A stretch of 33,787 nucleotides of DNA from Verrucomicrobiales bacterium (GCA_031411295.1 JANOAV010000080.1:1-33787); one strand, 5' to 3'; counted from the stretch's first letter, positions 18,560 to 28,346 are shown. Numbers and translations: made by a program. Notes: generated from the sequence alone by a model not told the origin.

Positions 18560-19948
18560 ATGAAATATTTTCTTACCACTCTTGCTACTCTGCTAATCCT
18601 GGCCACACGCGGGCTTTCTGCCGATCCAAATTTCATATTCATCCTAGTGGATGATCAAGGCTGGAGCGGCACTTCCGTGGCGATGCTTCCCGGCAATGAT
18701 GCCAGTCGCACCGCTTCATTTCACATGCCTAACGTGGAGCGCCTAGCTGCTCGTGGCGTGATTTTCTCCCAAGCCTATGCGGCCCATCCCAAGTGTGAAT
18801 GCTCGCGTGCGGCCTTGCTGATGGGACGCAGCACCACGAGCCTCAATGCAACTGAAAAAAGGTCTAACAATTGGAATGCTCGTCCCAGTGATTCGATGAT
18901 AAACACACTGAAGCGCGCCAAGCCTGAGTATCGGGCCGCGCATTTCGGCAAGTGGCAGTGGCCCACGCCACCGGAGAAATTTGGCTATGATGCCAGCGAT
19001 GGTATCACGCAGAACGAGGATGGGGACACTTCCGATCCTGAGGACCCTAAGCAATCCTTCGGCCTCACGAGGCGGGCGCAGAGTTTCATGCAACAGCAGG
19101 TCAATGAGGGGCATCCTTTCTACCTGCAACTCTCCTACTACGCGCCTCACAATCAGCCACAGGCGCTGGCTGCAACGCTTAAGAAATACGAAGGCGCTCT
19201 GACCTCAGAGCGCAAGGGCGGTGGAAAGGGTGGTCCGTTGATGGGTGCCATGAGTGAGGATTTGGACACATGCATCGGGGCTGTGATCAAGAAGTTGGAT
19301 GATCTGGGTATCGCCAAGAACACGTTCATCATTTACATGTCAGACAACGGTGGCAGAAGCCAGTTGCTCAAAGGCGGCAAAGCCTTGTGCGACGAAGGAG
19401 GATTACGCGTCCCGCTCATCGTTGCGGGGCCGGGCGTGCGCAGCGGAGTATATTGCAACGAACCCGTGATCAGTTATGACATTATCCCAACGCTGATCGA
19501 CTTCGTTTCGCCAGGATTTGCTTTACCTAAAGGAGTCGAAGGAGGCAGTTGGAAGCCGCTATTGACCAATGCGTCTGCAACCAAGGTTGAGCGCCCCATT
19601 GATCGCATGGTCTGGCATCACGACGTTGAAATTGAACATCCGCAAACCGCGCTGCGCCAAGGCAACCTGAAGTTGCTGCACTACTGGGACACCAAGGAAG
19701 ATTTCCTCTATGATCTCAGCAACGACCTAGGCGAAGAGCATAACTTGGCCAAGACTCAGCCTGAGGATACGTCCAAGTTGCTGGCGGAATTGAAAGCCCA
19801 CGTCAGGGCTGGAATTGGGGAGGAGAAATTTAACGCCTTGGAGCGTGGCCAATGGACTCCCACTGAAAGACCAGGCTTGGGTGGCAAAGGGAAGGGTGAC
19901 AGGCCGGAGAAGCCTCGAAAAGACAAGGGGAAGGGGGCGCTGGAATGA
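18560..19948 (+). CDS. Secreted sulfatase-family (S1) hydrolase
   Basis: Signal peptide; PNFIFILVDDQG, CECSRAALLMG, FGKWQ, YYAPH, SDNG, EGGLRVPL, LYDLSNDLGEEHNLA. Confidence 0.9.
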   Translation: MKYFLTTLATLLILATRGLSADPNFIFILVDDQGWSGTSVAMLPGNDASRTASFHMPNVERLAARGVIFSQAYAAHPKCECSRAALLMGRSTTSLNATEKRSNNWNARPSDSMINTLKRAKPEYRAAHFGKWQWPTPPEKFGYDASDGITQNEDGDTSDPEDPKQSFGLTRRAQSFMQQQVNEGHPFYLQLSYYAPHNQPQALAATLKKYEGALTSERKGGGKGGPLMGAMSEDLDTCIGAVIKKLDDLGIAKNTFIIYMSDNGGRSQLLKGGKALCDEGGLRVPLIVAGPGVRSGVYCNEPVISYDIIPTLIDFVSPGFALPKGVEGGSWKPLLTNASATKVERPIDRMVWHHDVEIEHPQTALRQGNLKLLHYWDTKEDFLYDLSNDLGEEHNLAKTQPEDTSKLLAELKAHVRAGIGEEKFNALERGQWTPTERPGLGGKGKGDRPEKPRKDKGKGALE

Positions 19949-20080
19949 GCGATTGTTTGGCGCGGAAACAAAGCGTTCGCAGGGGAGGGAGATAGACGAT
20001 TTTCCGGAGGACCACCAAGATGGCCCGCGATAGACGTCACCATTTGTATTGAGAATATGGTCTCCCCCGAAACGACTCCA

Positions 20081-21334
20081 TCACTTGCCAGCGGCCTCGC
20101 TGAGATGATTCCGGTTATTTCGTTGCGTGGGCGGTTCCGGGGCTTTCCAACCGGCGGGGGCGTTGACGACCACCACGGGTTTGCCAGTATTGTCGTGGAT
20201 GCGCAAGTTATCGGCAATCACACCATGAGCCGAGTGCCTCCAGCAGTGGATGGCTTGACCGTCGCTCTTGATAACGTTCCCCATCACTTCGTAGCCATCC
20301 AGATTAAAGTTAGGTTCGATGGCCGTTTTGCCCGTTTCCATGTAGTTGTAATTGCAACGCACGTTGCGCAGTTGACCGCGGAACGAAGGATGCCCCAACA
20401 AATACGCCGCCCCGTTGGGATTGATCGTGCGCGTGCGTTGAATCGTGATGTCTTCGGCATCAAATGATTCGCCCGGGCCTACTTTCCCGCCCGGGAGAAA
20501 CTTGCCCGTGTGATCGCCATGGCACATGACCGAGCGCATGGTATTGGTCATCGTAATGTCTTCCACGACAACCTTGCGCACGCGCCCGTGAACCAACACG
20601 CAGGCGTTGATATTTTTCACCAGGCCGCTGGGCTGCTCATTGTGGGAGGCGTTGAGATCAATCGTTCCTTTGCCCAAGATGCGCACATTCTCAATGTAAT
20701 CCTTCTGCTGCCCATGACCGATCCGGATGCCGTAAGCCTCCGGGGCATCATAGGAAATAAACCACAGGCTGCGCAGACTGTGGCCGGTGCGATTCGCGAA
20801 ACGCACTTTCACTCCGTGGCTAAGTTCCTGCCAATCTCCCGTCATGGGAACTTTTTTCTGCGGTGTCTCAAAGAGCTTGCCATCGCCCCAGGCAAAAGTG
20901 TCCGGCCTGCCCTCTGCTCCCTCGCCATCACACAGGATGGTGTAAATGGTAGCCCCATAACCCTCCGGCCCGTCCACCACGGGTCGCGCTAGGTCGAACG
21001 CTCCGCCAATCTCCAAATCATCCAGTTTCTTACCCGCATCCTGATCCGTGGTGATCTCGCCCCCGGCCTCCAATTTCGTCACGCCGGAAGCCAGCTTCAA
21101 CGTGGCTCCTTCCTTCAGTTCAATTTCCACTGATTTATCAACGTAAAGCATCGCCCGATACCGTCCCAGCCCATGCTCATGCAAGCCCGGCAGGAAAACC
21201 AATCGATCCCCCGGAGCAGCCCGATCAAGGACCGCTTGTGGTGCATCGCCTGATTTAATCAAATGCTCCGCCGCGTGCAACTGAGCGGAGGGTGAGAGGA
21301 TGACCAAGAGAAATCGTGCAGTCGCTAAATTCAT
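20081..21334 (-). CDS. Secreted right-handed beta-helix (pectin-lyase-fold) protein
   Basis: Signal-like N-terminus, QAVLDRAAPGDRLVFLPG, ENVRILGKGTID, Asn-rich repeats. ATG 21334 preferred. Confidence 0.6.
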   Translation of the reverse strand: MNLATARFLLVILSPSAQLHAAEHLIKSGDAPQAVLDRAAPGDRLVFLPGLHEHGLGRYRAMLYVDKSVEIELKEGATLKLASGVTKLEAGGEITTDQDAGKKLDDLEIGGAFDLARPVVDGPEGYGATIYTILCDGEGAEGRPDTFAWGDGKLFETPQKKVPMTGDWQELSHGVKVRFANRTGHSLRSLWFISYDAPEAYGIRIGHGQQKDYIENVRILGKGTIDLNASHNEQPSGLVKNINACVLVHGRVRKVVVEDITMTNTMRSVMCHGDHTGKFLPGGKVGPGESFDAEDITIQRTRTINPNGAAYLLGHPSFRGQLRNVRCNYNYMETGKTAIEPNFNLDGYEVMGNVIKSDGQAIHCWRHSAHGVIADNLRIHDNTGKPVVVVNAPAGWKAPEPPTQRNNRNHLSEAAGK

Positions 21335-21368
21335 AAATGCTTTGCTAGTTTCCAGTTGTGATTTTGCG

Positions 21369-23423
21369 TTATTTATCGGCCGCACCTCCCACCTTCCGAT
21401 CCGTAATCGTCCAGTTGGTTATGTCGTAGATGCGTTCACTAACACCATCAGAGATCCGCATATTTCCTTCCCAGTCCTGGTGAATCCAAGGGTTGTCCAC
21501 CAGGGGCCAGGAGGCGTAGTCGATGACCTTACCGTCGATCAGCGCATCGCCTTGGAAGGTCTTTTCCAGTTTGGTGCCGAAACGGTCCACATAGCTGCCT
21601 TTGGCGACGATCACTGGGCTTGCGGGCTCGGCGGGCTTCTTGTCTTTGGTCACTGGTGGCGCAGGAGCGGCGGTCTTGACGGTCTCCACTGTGACCTTGG
21701 TTTTGGCAACGATGGAGGCTTTGAATTTGGCTAGGCGTTCCGTTGCTTTGGTGCCCGGGAATTCTGATGGCAGGGCCGTTTCCATGGCGACAGCGGCGTT
21801 TTTACCAAAGACACGAAACTCGGAATCCTCCTTGTTGAAGCCTCCATTTCCAGCATACACCTTGGCCGTGGGGTCCCAGTCAAAGGTTTGGCTGGCGCTG
21901 ATGGCGAGCAGCACGCTGCCATAGTCCAGGAAGACGCGGCCGGACACTTTGCTATCATTGATCATGGCTTGATATCCATTGGGAATGTATGCCAGCACAT
22001 ACCAAGCATCGGTGGTGAAGGGCTTGTTGTCCTTAATATCCGTCCGCACCTTGGGTTTGAACTCCGGGTTGGTGAGATCATTCGCCACCAGCAGCAGCGA
22101 ACCACGGTGTTGCAGATACTCTGCGAAACGACTACTCACGCCCTGGGTGTAGTTGGTCAGCGGTTTGTCATCGAAGCAGGGAACGGTCATCCAGCAGATG
22201 CTGGACTTGCTAGAGTCCGGCTGATCAAACATGACGCCGTAAGGATAAGTCTGCCCCCAGATGCTGGTTTTGCGACCCGTGGGAGGATGCGTGGTGGCGG
22301 TGCTAAAGAGCGCATACGTCTGATTCACGAACGACGTTTGGAATGTGTGATCGCCATCAAAACGCGAGCGATGGACGTAGGCTTTGGAACGATCCGTGGC
22401 CGCTTTCACAATGAGCGGATGCGGGCGCCAAGGCTCCGCCACGGAGAAAACCGCCGTGGTGTTGCCACCCAGCTTGGGCGTCTTTCCTCCGAAATACGCC
22501 CAGAGCATGTCCGCGCATCCGTTGGGCGCCTGGGTCACATAGCCCGGATAGCTGCGGCCCGCAGGTGTCGCCCAGTTGCCATTCAGCCAGGTTCCCGTCG
22601 CATGGGCGATGGACATTTCATACGCCATCAGGGCGCGGCGGGAGAGTTCTTTGTCCGTAAACTTGTTGTCGAAGCTGAGCAGGGTGCCGATGTTGTAAAT
22701 CATGTAGGGTCGGGACGCGAACTCGGGCGATCCCCGCTTGGCCGTGTAGTCGATTCGTTTCTGAAACATCTTCACTGCGTCGGTGCCGCGTGCCCCGTAG
22801 CGACCGTCCTTGGGCAACAGCGATGGATCCCAAGTGTTATCCGTCAGGTAGAGATTCAGCGGAATGAGAAACGACAGATTCCCCGTCGAACCAGCCCAAC
22901 TGGTGTTGTGCGTAAAGAGCCATTTGAAGTCCGCCTTCAATTGATCGTCCATTTGGTCCTGATACCGCATGTAAACATTGATCATGGACCACAAGCCAAA
23001 GCCATTCACGTGCGGTTCCCCCCACTCCAGTCCGTTGGCCAATGGGAACGGTTTATAGGTTCCCTCCTTCCGTTGCTTTTCCATGTTAGCAATCCGGCCC
23101 TTTGCCTCCTTGATGCGCTCACCGATGTAGTTCCGCACAATCGCCAGTCCTTCCTCCTTGCGGCCCGCTTTAAGCAAAAGCTGTGCCGTCCAACCCGTCA
23201 TGGGCGAGGGACTGCGCTTGACCGACTCCAAGTCCGCCAAGGCGGCACTGACAATGGCCCGCTCCCGGTCCGCAGCGTTGTCATACTGCTTCGCTGAAAG
23301 GGCCGCAATCTCTGCTTTGGGTTCCTTCGCTTCGGTCGCACCGGGCAAATCGCTGTCCGGTTCGACCGCCAAAACGGATGCCGTTAGCAGAATTACGAGT
23401 GAGAGTGTAAAAGTGTGTTTCAT
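21369..23423 (-). CDS. Secreted hypothetical protein (helical N-half, beta-rich C-half)
   Basis: Long ORF with signal peptide MKHTFTLSLVILLTASVLA; EFASRPY and ATPAGRSY segments; no family confidently recognised. Confidence 0.7.
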   Translation of the reverse strand: MKHTFTLSLVILLTASVLAVEPDSDLPGATEAKEPKAEIAALSAKQYDNAADRERAIVSAALADLESVKRSPSPMTGWTAQLLLKAGRKEEGLAIVRNYIGERIKEAKGRIANMEKQRKEGTYKPFPLANGLEWGEPHVNGFGLWSMINVYMRYQDQMDDQLKADFKWLFTHNTSWAGSTGNLSFLIPLNLYLTDNTWDPSLLPKDGRYGARGTDAVKMFQKRIDYTAKRGSPEFASRPYMIYNIGTLLSFDNKFTDKELSRRALMAYEMSIAHATGTWLNGNWATPAGRSYPGYVTQAPNGCADMLWAYFGGKTPKLGGNTTAVFSVAEPWRPHPLIVKAATDRSKAYVHRSRFDGDHTFQTSFVNQTYALFSTATTHPPTGRKTSIWGQTYPYGVMFDQPDSSKSSICWMTVPCFDDKPLTNYTQGVSSRFAEYLQHRGSLLLVANDLTNPEFKPKVRTDIKDNKPFTTDAWYVLAYIPNGYQAMINDSKVSGRVFLDYGSVLLAISASQTFDWDPTAKVYAGNGGFNKEDSEFRVFGKNAAVAMETALPSEFPGTKATERLAKFKASIVAKTKVTVETVKTAAPAPPVTKDKKPAEPASPVIVAKGSYVDRFGTKLEKTFQGDALIDGKVIDYASWPLVDNPWIHQDWEGNMRISDGVSERIYDITNWTITDRKVGGAADK

Positions 23424-23475
23424 GGATTCTATTGAATGGAAATTATGCGGTCTCACGAGGCGGATTTGGTGGTTG

Positions 23476-23603
23476 AAATGTAGTTATGGACTTTAGTCCG
23501 TAACCACAAAAAATCGAACACGCATCAAACCAACACAGATTTTTTGGACCAAATTAGCGCCTCTGTGCTTGATGGGTGCGGACTAAAGCCCGGCCCTACA
23601 TTT
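23476..23603. repeat. REP doublet (family 2, REPIN-like)
   Basis: GTAG-TTATGGAC-TTTA-GTCCGTAAC (23480-23504) facing an inverted variant GGGTGCGGACTAAAGCCCGGCCCTAC (23574-23599). Confidence 0.85.
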
Positions 23604-23672
23604 GTAAAGGCCGTTTTCGGGATGAAGCAACCGCACAGAGGACTAAGCGGTCCACCTCCAACTTCTGCCGAC

Positions 23673-25214
23673 TCATTTGCGCTCGGTTGAGCTGCTTTGA
23701 TTAACCAGATCGATGGCTTGCTGGACCATGATTTCCAAGCCTTTGGTCAGTTCCGGATGCGGGCTAAAGCAGAGGACGCGACCATTTCCAAACTTGCCTT
23801 GGGCGGCGGCGGTGGTGCCGGTCATGACTCCTGGGGAGGCTCCGTTGAGGGCGATTTCTGTTTTGAAGGTAGCGAGGGTTTCGTAGTCGGGAATATCAGG
23901 GTTGTTCCCGGGGGCGAGCAGTGGGCCTTGGGCGTAGTGGATCTGTAAATGATCGCTTTGGTTTTTGAGCGTTTGTTTCCCCAAGTCGGAAAGCTCAATT
24001 TCAACCGTGCCCTTACCACGAGCCCAATGTGCTCGATCCACGACTTTGGCATCCAGGATATTCAGCGACCACTTGTAGTCGGCGGTCGCCAGATAGGAGC
24101 CAGCGCAGATGCCAACATAGCCGCCTCCGTGGCGGACGAACTCGCGGATTTGTTCCCGACCATCTTCGCCCAATTGACGTCCTTGGGTGCCGCCACTGCC
24201 ACCGGGTTGGATCAGGACGTCCACGTCTTTGAGCTTTCCTGCTTTGATATCATCCGCCATCAGATTTTGAAAAGTGACGTTATCAAATTTGGCGAGAGCA
24301 GTCGTTAGGTCGTTCACGCTGGGGCCGGCTCCTGCATCGTGATAGACGCCAACGATGACCTTTTTCGGCTGAGGGGCTTTGGGAGCAGTGCTGGGTATTT
24401 CCTTCTTGGGCAGGAAATCTTTGGCGAAAGCAGTGATGGCTTGGGCCATTTTCTCAACGGTTTTGGGGCGTTGATCGGGGGATCGGAGATGCGTTCCTAA
24501 CTCGATTTGAATGGCATCAAACGTGCCCCCGGAAGCACTTCCGTAGGTGGTCACGATATGGCCGCCCGTGAAGTGATCCTCGGGATTCTGCGAGTCGATG
24601 GGCGGGATGACATTGAATCCCTGACCAGCCAATTCCCCAAACAAACTCTTCTGACCAATGAGAGCATCCTTGCCGAAACGATCCACCAAATGGGTCGTGG
24701 TTTTTCCATTTTGGGTGCCTCGGTAAATGCTGTTGAGGGCCGCCGCCTGGCCGTGGATATCCAGTAGAATCCCACTACCCCAGCGAGTAATGATTTCCTT
24801 GCGGGCAGTCGCCAGCGCTTGGTGGTAGGAATCGTAAATCGGCTTGGCTTGGTCGGTCTCGTAAGCGTCCTCGGGCGGACGATTGGCATCAATGAACTTG
24901 CGATGGAAGCGTGCGATCACAACGTAGGGCCGCTTGCCAGTTAGCTTGGCTACAGCATCCGCCAGTTCTTCGGTGAGCCGATCGGTATCGGAGTCAGACT
25001 GCGGGGTGAACTTACTAACGCCCTTACCCTCGCGAGGAGGAACCGCTGGCACCGCCTCCCGCCCACCATGAGGAGCCGAGAGGATGATCGGCAGGCCCCC
25101 AGTCTGGAAGGTAACGAGCGGATGGGGCTTCGTTTCCGCTTGGGCGGAGATCGGTTCTGCATTGCTAGAGCAGCACGCGAGTAAGCTAATGAGGGCAGAT
25201 GCGAGGCGGTTCAT
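23673..25214 (-). CDS. N-formylglutamate amidohydrolase-like domain fused to a BPL_N-type class I GATase-like domain, with signal peptide
   Basis: ILSAPHGG, RKFIDANR, LLDIHGQ, GGHI...AIQIE; second domain VLIQPGGSG, GGGYVGICAGSYLA, FSPHPE. Confidence 0.85.
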   Translation of the reverse strand: MNRLASALISLLACCSSNAEPISAQAETKPHPLVTFQTGGLPIILSAPHGGREAVPAVPPREGKGVSKFTPQSDSDTDRLTEELADAVAKLTGKRPYVVIARFHRKFIDANRPPEDAYETDQAKPIYDSYHQALATARKEIITRWGSGILLDIHGQAAALNSIYRGTQNGKTTTHLVDRFGKDALIGQKSLFGELAGQGFNVIPPIDSQNPEDHFTGGHIVTTYGSASGGTFDAIQIELGTHLRSPDQRPKTVEKMAQAITAFAKDFLPKKEIPSTAPKAPQPKKVIVGVYHDAGAGPSVNDLTTALAKFDNVTFQNLMADDIKAGKLKDVDVLIQPGGSGGTQGRQLGEDGREQIREFVRHGGGYVGICAGSYLATADYKWSLNILDAKVVDRAHWARGKGTVEIELSDLGKQTLKNQSDHLQIHYAQGPLLAPGNNPDIPDYETLATFKTEIALNGASPGVMTGTTAAAQGKFGNGRVLCFSPHPELTKGLEIMVQQAIDLVNQSSSTERK

Positions 25215-25250
25215 ATCATGACGGATTACAAAGGAAGTGGCTTTAATAGA

Positions 25251-25337
25251 GTCGTTTTGGACTTTAGTCCGAAATGCGAAGCAAAGGGGGATTGGCTTAG
25301 TGCTGACGGTTACGGACTAAAGTCCATAACTACATTT
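25251..25337. repeat. REP doublet (family 2, REPIN-like)
   Basis: GTCGTTTTGGACTTTAGTCCGAAA (25251-25274) facing GGTTACGGACTAAAGTCCATAACTACATTT (25308-25337), which is the exact reverse complement of 23476-23505. Confidence 0.85.
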
Positions 25338-25354
25338 TCGATGGCTGTTTTGGG

Positions 25355-26143
25355 TTAATGGGCTGCGGCCTCGATGAATGCTTTGAAGAGCTTTTGCTGG
25401 CGCGGGTCCGTGGGAGACATTTTTTCCGGGTGCCATTGGACTCCGATGAGGAAGCGGTTGGGGTCGGTGGTTTCGGTTGCTTCGACGATGCCGTCAGGGC
25501 TCTTGGCTACGATGCGGAGTCCTTCACCCAGCTTGCGGACCGCCTGATGATGGAAGGAGTTTACTTCGAAATTCGTTTCTCCGAAGATCCCCGCCAGCTT
25601 GGAATCGGCTTCGAGCGTGACCTCGTGCGTGGTGTCGCGATGGTTCACCTTGAACTCTGAAGGGATATCCTGCACCAGTGATCCGCCGTGAACCACGTTG
25701 ATCCATTGACTGCCGAGGCAAATTCCCAGCAGCGGCTTTTTGCTCCGTTTGACCCATGCCGTCACGAGGGCTTTCTCAAAGAGGTAACGATCGTTATCCA
25801 GAATTTTGGTGGTGGCGTGGGGCTCCTCGTTCCATTCCGATGGTGGAATGTCAGGACCGCCCGTGATGAGCAAGGCGTCGAGCTTGGTGAGATATTCATC
25901 TATCGCGACAGCACTGCCGTCGGTGTTCGGCAGGACCACAGGAATGGCTCCAGTTTCCCTAACCGCCCGGACGTAATTCGCGTCGGAGGGACCCGTGGCG
26001 ATCCCAATGAGCGGCTTGTGGGTTTCACTGATGGGCGCGGCGGCGGCGGTTGGATGCGCTTTAGGGGAAGCTTGTCCAGCAAGGTAGCTGCCCCAACAGG
26101 CGGCAGTGAGGAGCAGGGTTAGAAGGAAGAAACGTTTGTTCAT
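25355..26143 (-). CDS. Peptidase C26 / gamma-glutamyl-gamma-aminobutyrate hydrolase family, with signal peptide
   Basis: [38 protein letters not shown] (Cys-His-Glu triad). Confidence 0.92.
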   Translation of the reverse strand: MNKRFFLLTLLLTAACWGSYLAGQASPKAHPTAAAAPISETHKPLIGIATGPSDANYVRAVRETGAIPVVLPNTDGSAVAIDEYLTKLDALLITGGPDIPPSEWNEEPHATTKILDNDRYLFEKALVTAWVKRSKKPLLGICLGSQWINVVHGGSLVQDIPSEFKVNHRDTTHEVTLEADSKLAGIFGETNFEVNSFHHQAVRKLGEGLRIVAKSPDGIVEATETTDPNRFLIGVQWHPEKMSPTDPRQQKLFKAFIEAAAH

Positions 26144-26230
26144 ATTGGATTAAGTGGTGTCCGAATTTAACTGAGTTCTGTGTTCCATGAATTCTGATGG
26201 TTAGATGCCAAATGATGATCTATCGCAGGT

Positions 26231-27436
26231 TCACATTACGGGTAGAGGATCGCCTGGCTGTAGCAGCGGCGGATGGCACTGCACCGTTTCTGGATACTTG
26301 ATGCCGCATCCCGTATTGAGGATGACGACGCGTTCCTCCGGCTTGATCCATCCTTCGGCCAACAGTCGTTGCGCCGCAGCCATGCAAGCAGCCCCTTCCG
26401 GGCAGACGAAGGCCCCTTCGACGGTTGCCATCAAAGCCTCTGCTTTGAGGGTGTCCTCATCGGAAATTGCCACCGCACAGCCGTTGGTTTGATACACGGC
26501 TTCGAGCACCAAGAAGTCGCCAATGGCTTTCGGAACCGTGATGCCAAAGGCGCAGGTATGGGCATTTTCCCAAAACACCGATTCCTTGGCACCGGCTTCC
26601 CAGGCTCGCACGATCGGGGCGCAGCCACTGGCCTGGACAGCCACCATGCGTGGAAGGTCTCCGGTGATCCACCCTAGTTCCTTCAACTCATTAAACGCTT
26701 TGTAAATGCCGATCAACCCCACCCCGCCACCAGCTGGGTAGAGCAGGACATCCGGCATCTGCCACCCGAACTGCTCAGCGAGTTCGAGCCCCATCGTCTG
26801 CTTCCCTTCGATACGATACGGCTCCTTCAAAGTGCTGGCGTCATACCATTTGTTTTCTGCGACAGCCTTGGCCACGATCTTGCCCGCAACACTGATCAAT
26901 CCATTGACGAGAAAAAGCGCAGAGCCAGCGATGGCGCACTCACTCCGAGGAATCACCGGGGCGCTTTCGGGCATGACGATGACGGCTTTGATGCCGGCTT
27001 TTGCACAATAGAGTGCCCATGCTCCGCCCGCGTTGCCATTGGTCGGCATGGCTAGAATTTTCACGCCCAGCTCCTTGGCTCGGGAAACTCCGACGGCTGC
27101 ACCTCGTGCCTTAAAGCTGCCAGAGGGAATGATGCCTTCGTCCTTCATATAGAGGTTCTTGAAGCCGGTTTGCGCCCCCAGTCGATCCAGGCGCAGCAGC
27201 GGAGTCATCCCCTCCCCCATCGTGACGATGTTCTCTGCTTTGACGACGGGCAATAGCTCGCGGTAACGCCACAAATCCGGCGGGCGACTGGCAACCAATT
27301 CCTTGGTCATGTTGGTCGCGACTTTCTGCATATCGTATTTCACGAGCAAGGGGCTGCCGCAGACGCAAAGCTGATTCAATTGCTCAGGTTCGTAGGTGGC
27401 GGAGCATTTCGGGCACTCTAGATGGCTTACAAACAT
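26231..27436 (-). CDS. thrC: Threonine synthase-like PLP enzyme (fold type II)
   Basis: N-terminal CxxC...CxC, LWRYRELLP, GEGMTPL, PSGSFKARG (PLP lysine), TNGNAG, STLKEPYRIEGK, PAGGGVG, NTGCGIKY. Confidence 0.88.
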   Translation of the reverse strand: MFVSHLECPKCSATYEPEQLNQLCVCGSPLLVKYDMQKVATNMTKELVASRPPDLWRYRELLPVVKAENIVTMGEGMTPLLRLDRLGAQTGFKNLYMKDEGIIPSGSFKARGAAVGVSRAKELGVKILAMPTNGNAGGAWALYCAKAGIKAVIVMPESAPVIPRSECAIAGSALFLVNGLISVAGKIVAKAVAENKWYDASTLKEPYRIEGKQTMGLELAEQFGWQMPDVLLYPAGGGVGLIGIYKAFNELKELGWITGDLPRMVAVQASGCAPIVRAWEAGAKESVFWENAHTCAFGITVPKAIGDFLVLEAVYQTNGCAVAISDEDTLKAEALMATVEGAFVCPEGAACMAAAQRLLAEGWIKPEERVVILNTGCGIKYPETVQCHPPLLQPGDPLPVM

Positions 27437-27659
27437 AGTGACTTTCGGTTGGGTGATTGAGCAACTTAGCGTGACTGTCAGAGTCGTGCGACTGAAGAGT
27501 TAAACCAAATAAACCAGATGGACAATGGTATCCATTTCGATCTCCACGCGCTTGGGTAACGTCATCGTGCGGGGTTTCATCAGGTATTCTGCTTCTGGCG
27601 GAGGCGGGGGATTGACCGGGTGAAGTGTAGCGTGGCGCTTGAGTTGGTAAAAAGGCGAA

Positions 27660-28346
27660 CTATTTACCGAAGCTGGCCGTGACCGGATGATCACGATCAA
27701 AGGTAAGCCAGATCTCTCCGCCCTTGGAATTGCTGGCCGGTTGGAAGCTGATCTTCCAACTCTCAGTCTCTTTGTCGATCAAGGTCATGGCGTAAATCTG
27801 CACTCCGTAAACCTGAGCCTGGTGTTCCGGCGTGGTGTAAGCCGGATTGACTTTGAAATCGATCTTCCTTTCGACGGAGGCGAACTTCGCCTTCAATGCT
27901 TCCACGTCCTGCTCCGTGTGGTCCCGCTTGAGGAGTGCCGCCAGTTCACGATGATAGTCCGTGCCTTGACCACTGACTTCGAAATGCTCTGCGATGTAAG
28001 TCCGGGCCTTTTGCAAGGCCTTAGCCGTAATGCCAGCGGGTTCCTGTTTCCCTCTGTCCTCCGCTGTAGTGGCTACCAAGATTGGGGATCCGTTTTTCAT
28101 CAATACCCACACGCCTCGCTGGTTCGCTGGCAAACTTCCTGCCGCAGCGTTTGCCACTAAGCGGAGTTCCACCCTGCCTCCCTTTTCGATGCAGCCATCC
28201 ATGCTCCGCGTGATCGCTTCCGGAGGAAAAGGAGCTGCGGGACGACCTTCGTAAATTTCCAACAGCCGTTCCGGTGCTGGGGCGGACGCCAGTTTGGAAG
28301 CCCAGGGCAAGGCTAGGAAGCCGCACAATAGAAGGAACCGGTTCAT
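27660..28346 (-). CDS. Hypothetical exported protein
   Basis: 228-aa ORF with signal-like N-terminus; 4-bp overlap with the upstream gene. Confidence 0.65.
   Translation of the reverse strand: MNRFLLLCGFLALPWASKLASAPAPERLLEIYEGRPAAPFPPEAITRSMDGCIEKGGRVELRLVANAAAGSLPANQRGVWVLMKNGSPILVATTAEDRGKQEPAGITAKALQKARTYIAEHFEVSGQGTDYHRELAALLKRDHTEQDVEALKAKFASVERKIDFKVNPAYTTPEHQAQVYGVQIYAMTLIDKETESWKISFQPASNSKGGEIWLTFDRDHPVTASFGK

Noticed and set aside
21888..23297. 469-aa plus-strand ORF
   Set aside because: Antisense shadow of the signal-peptide-bearing minus-strand gene; no motifs.
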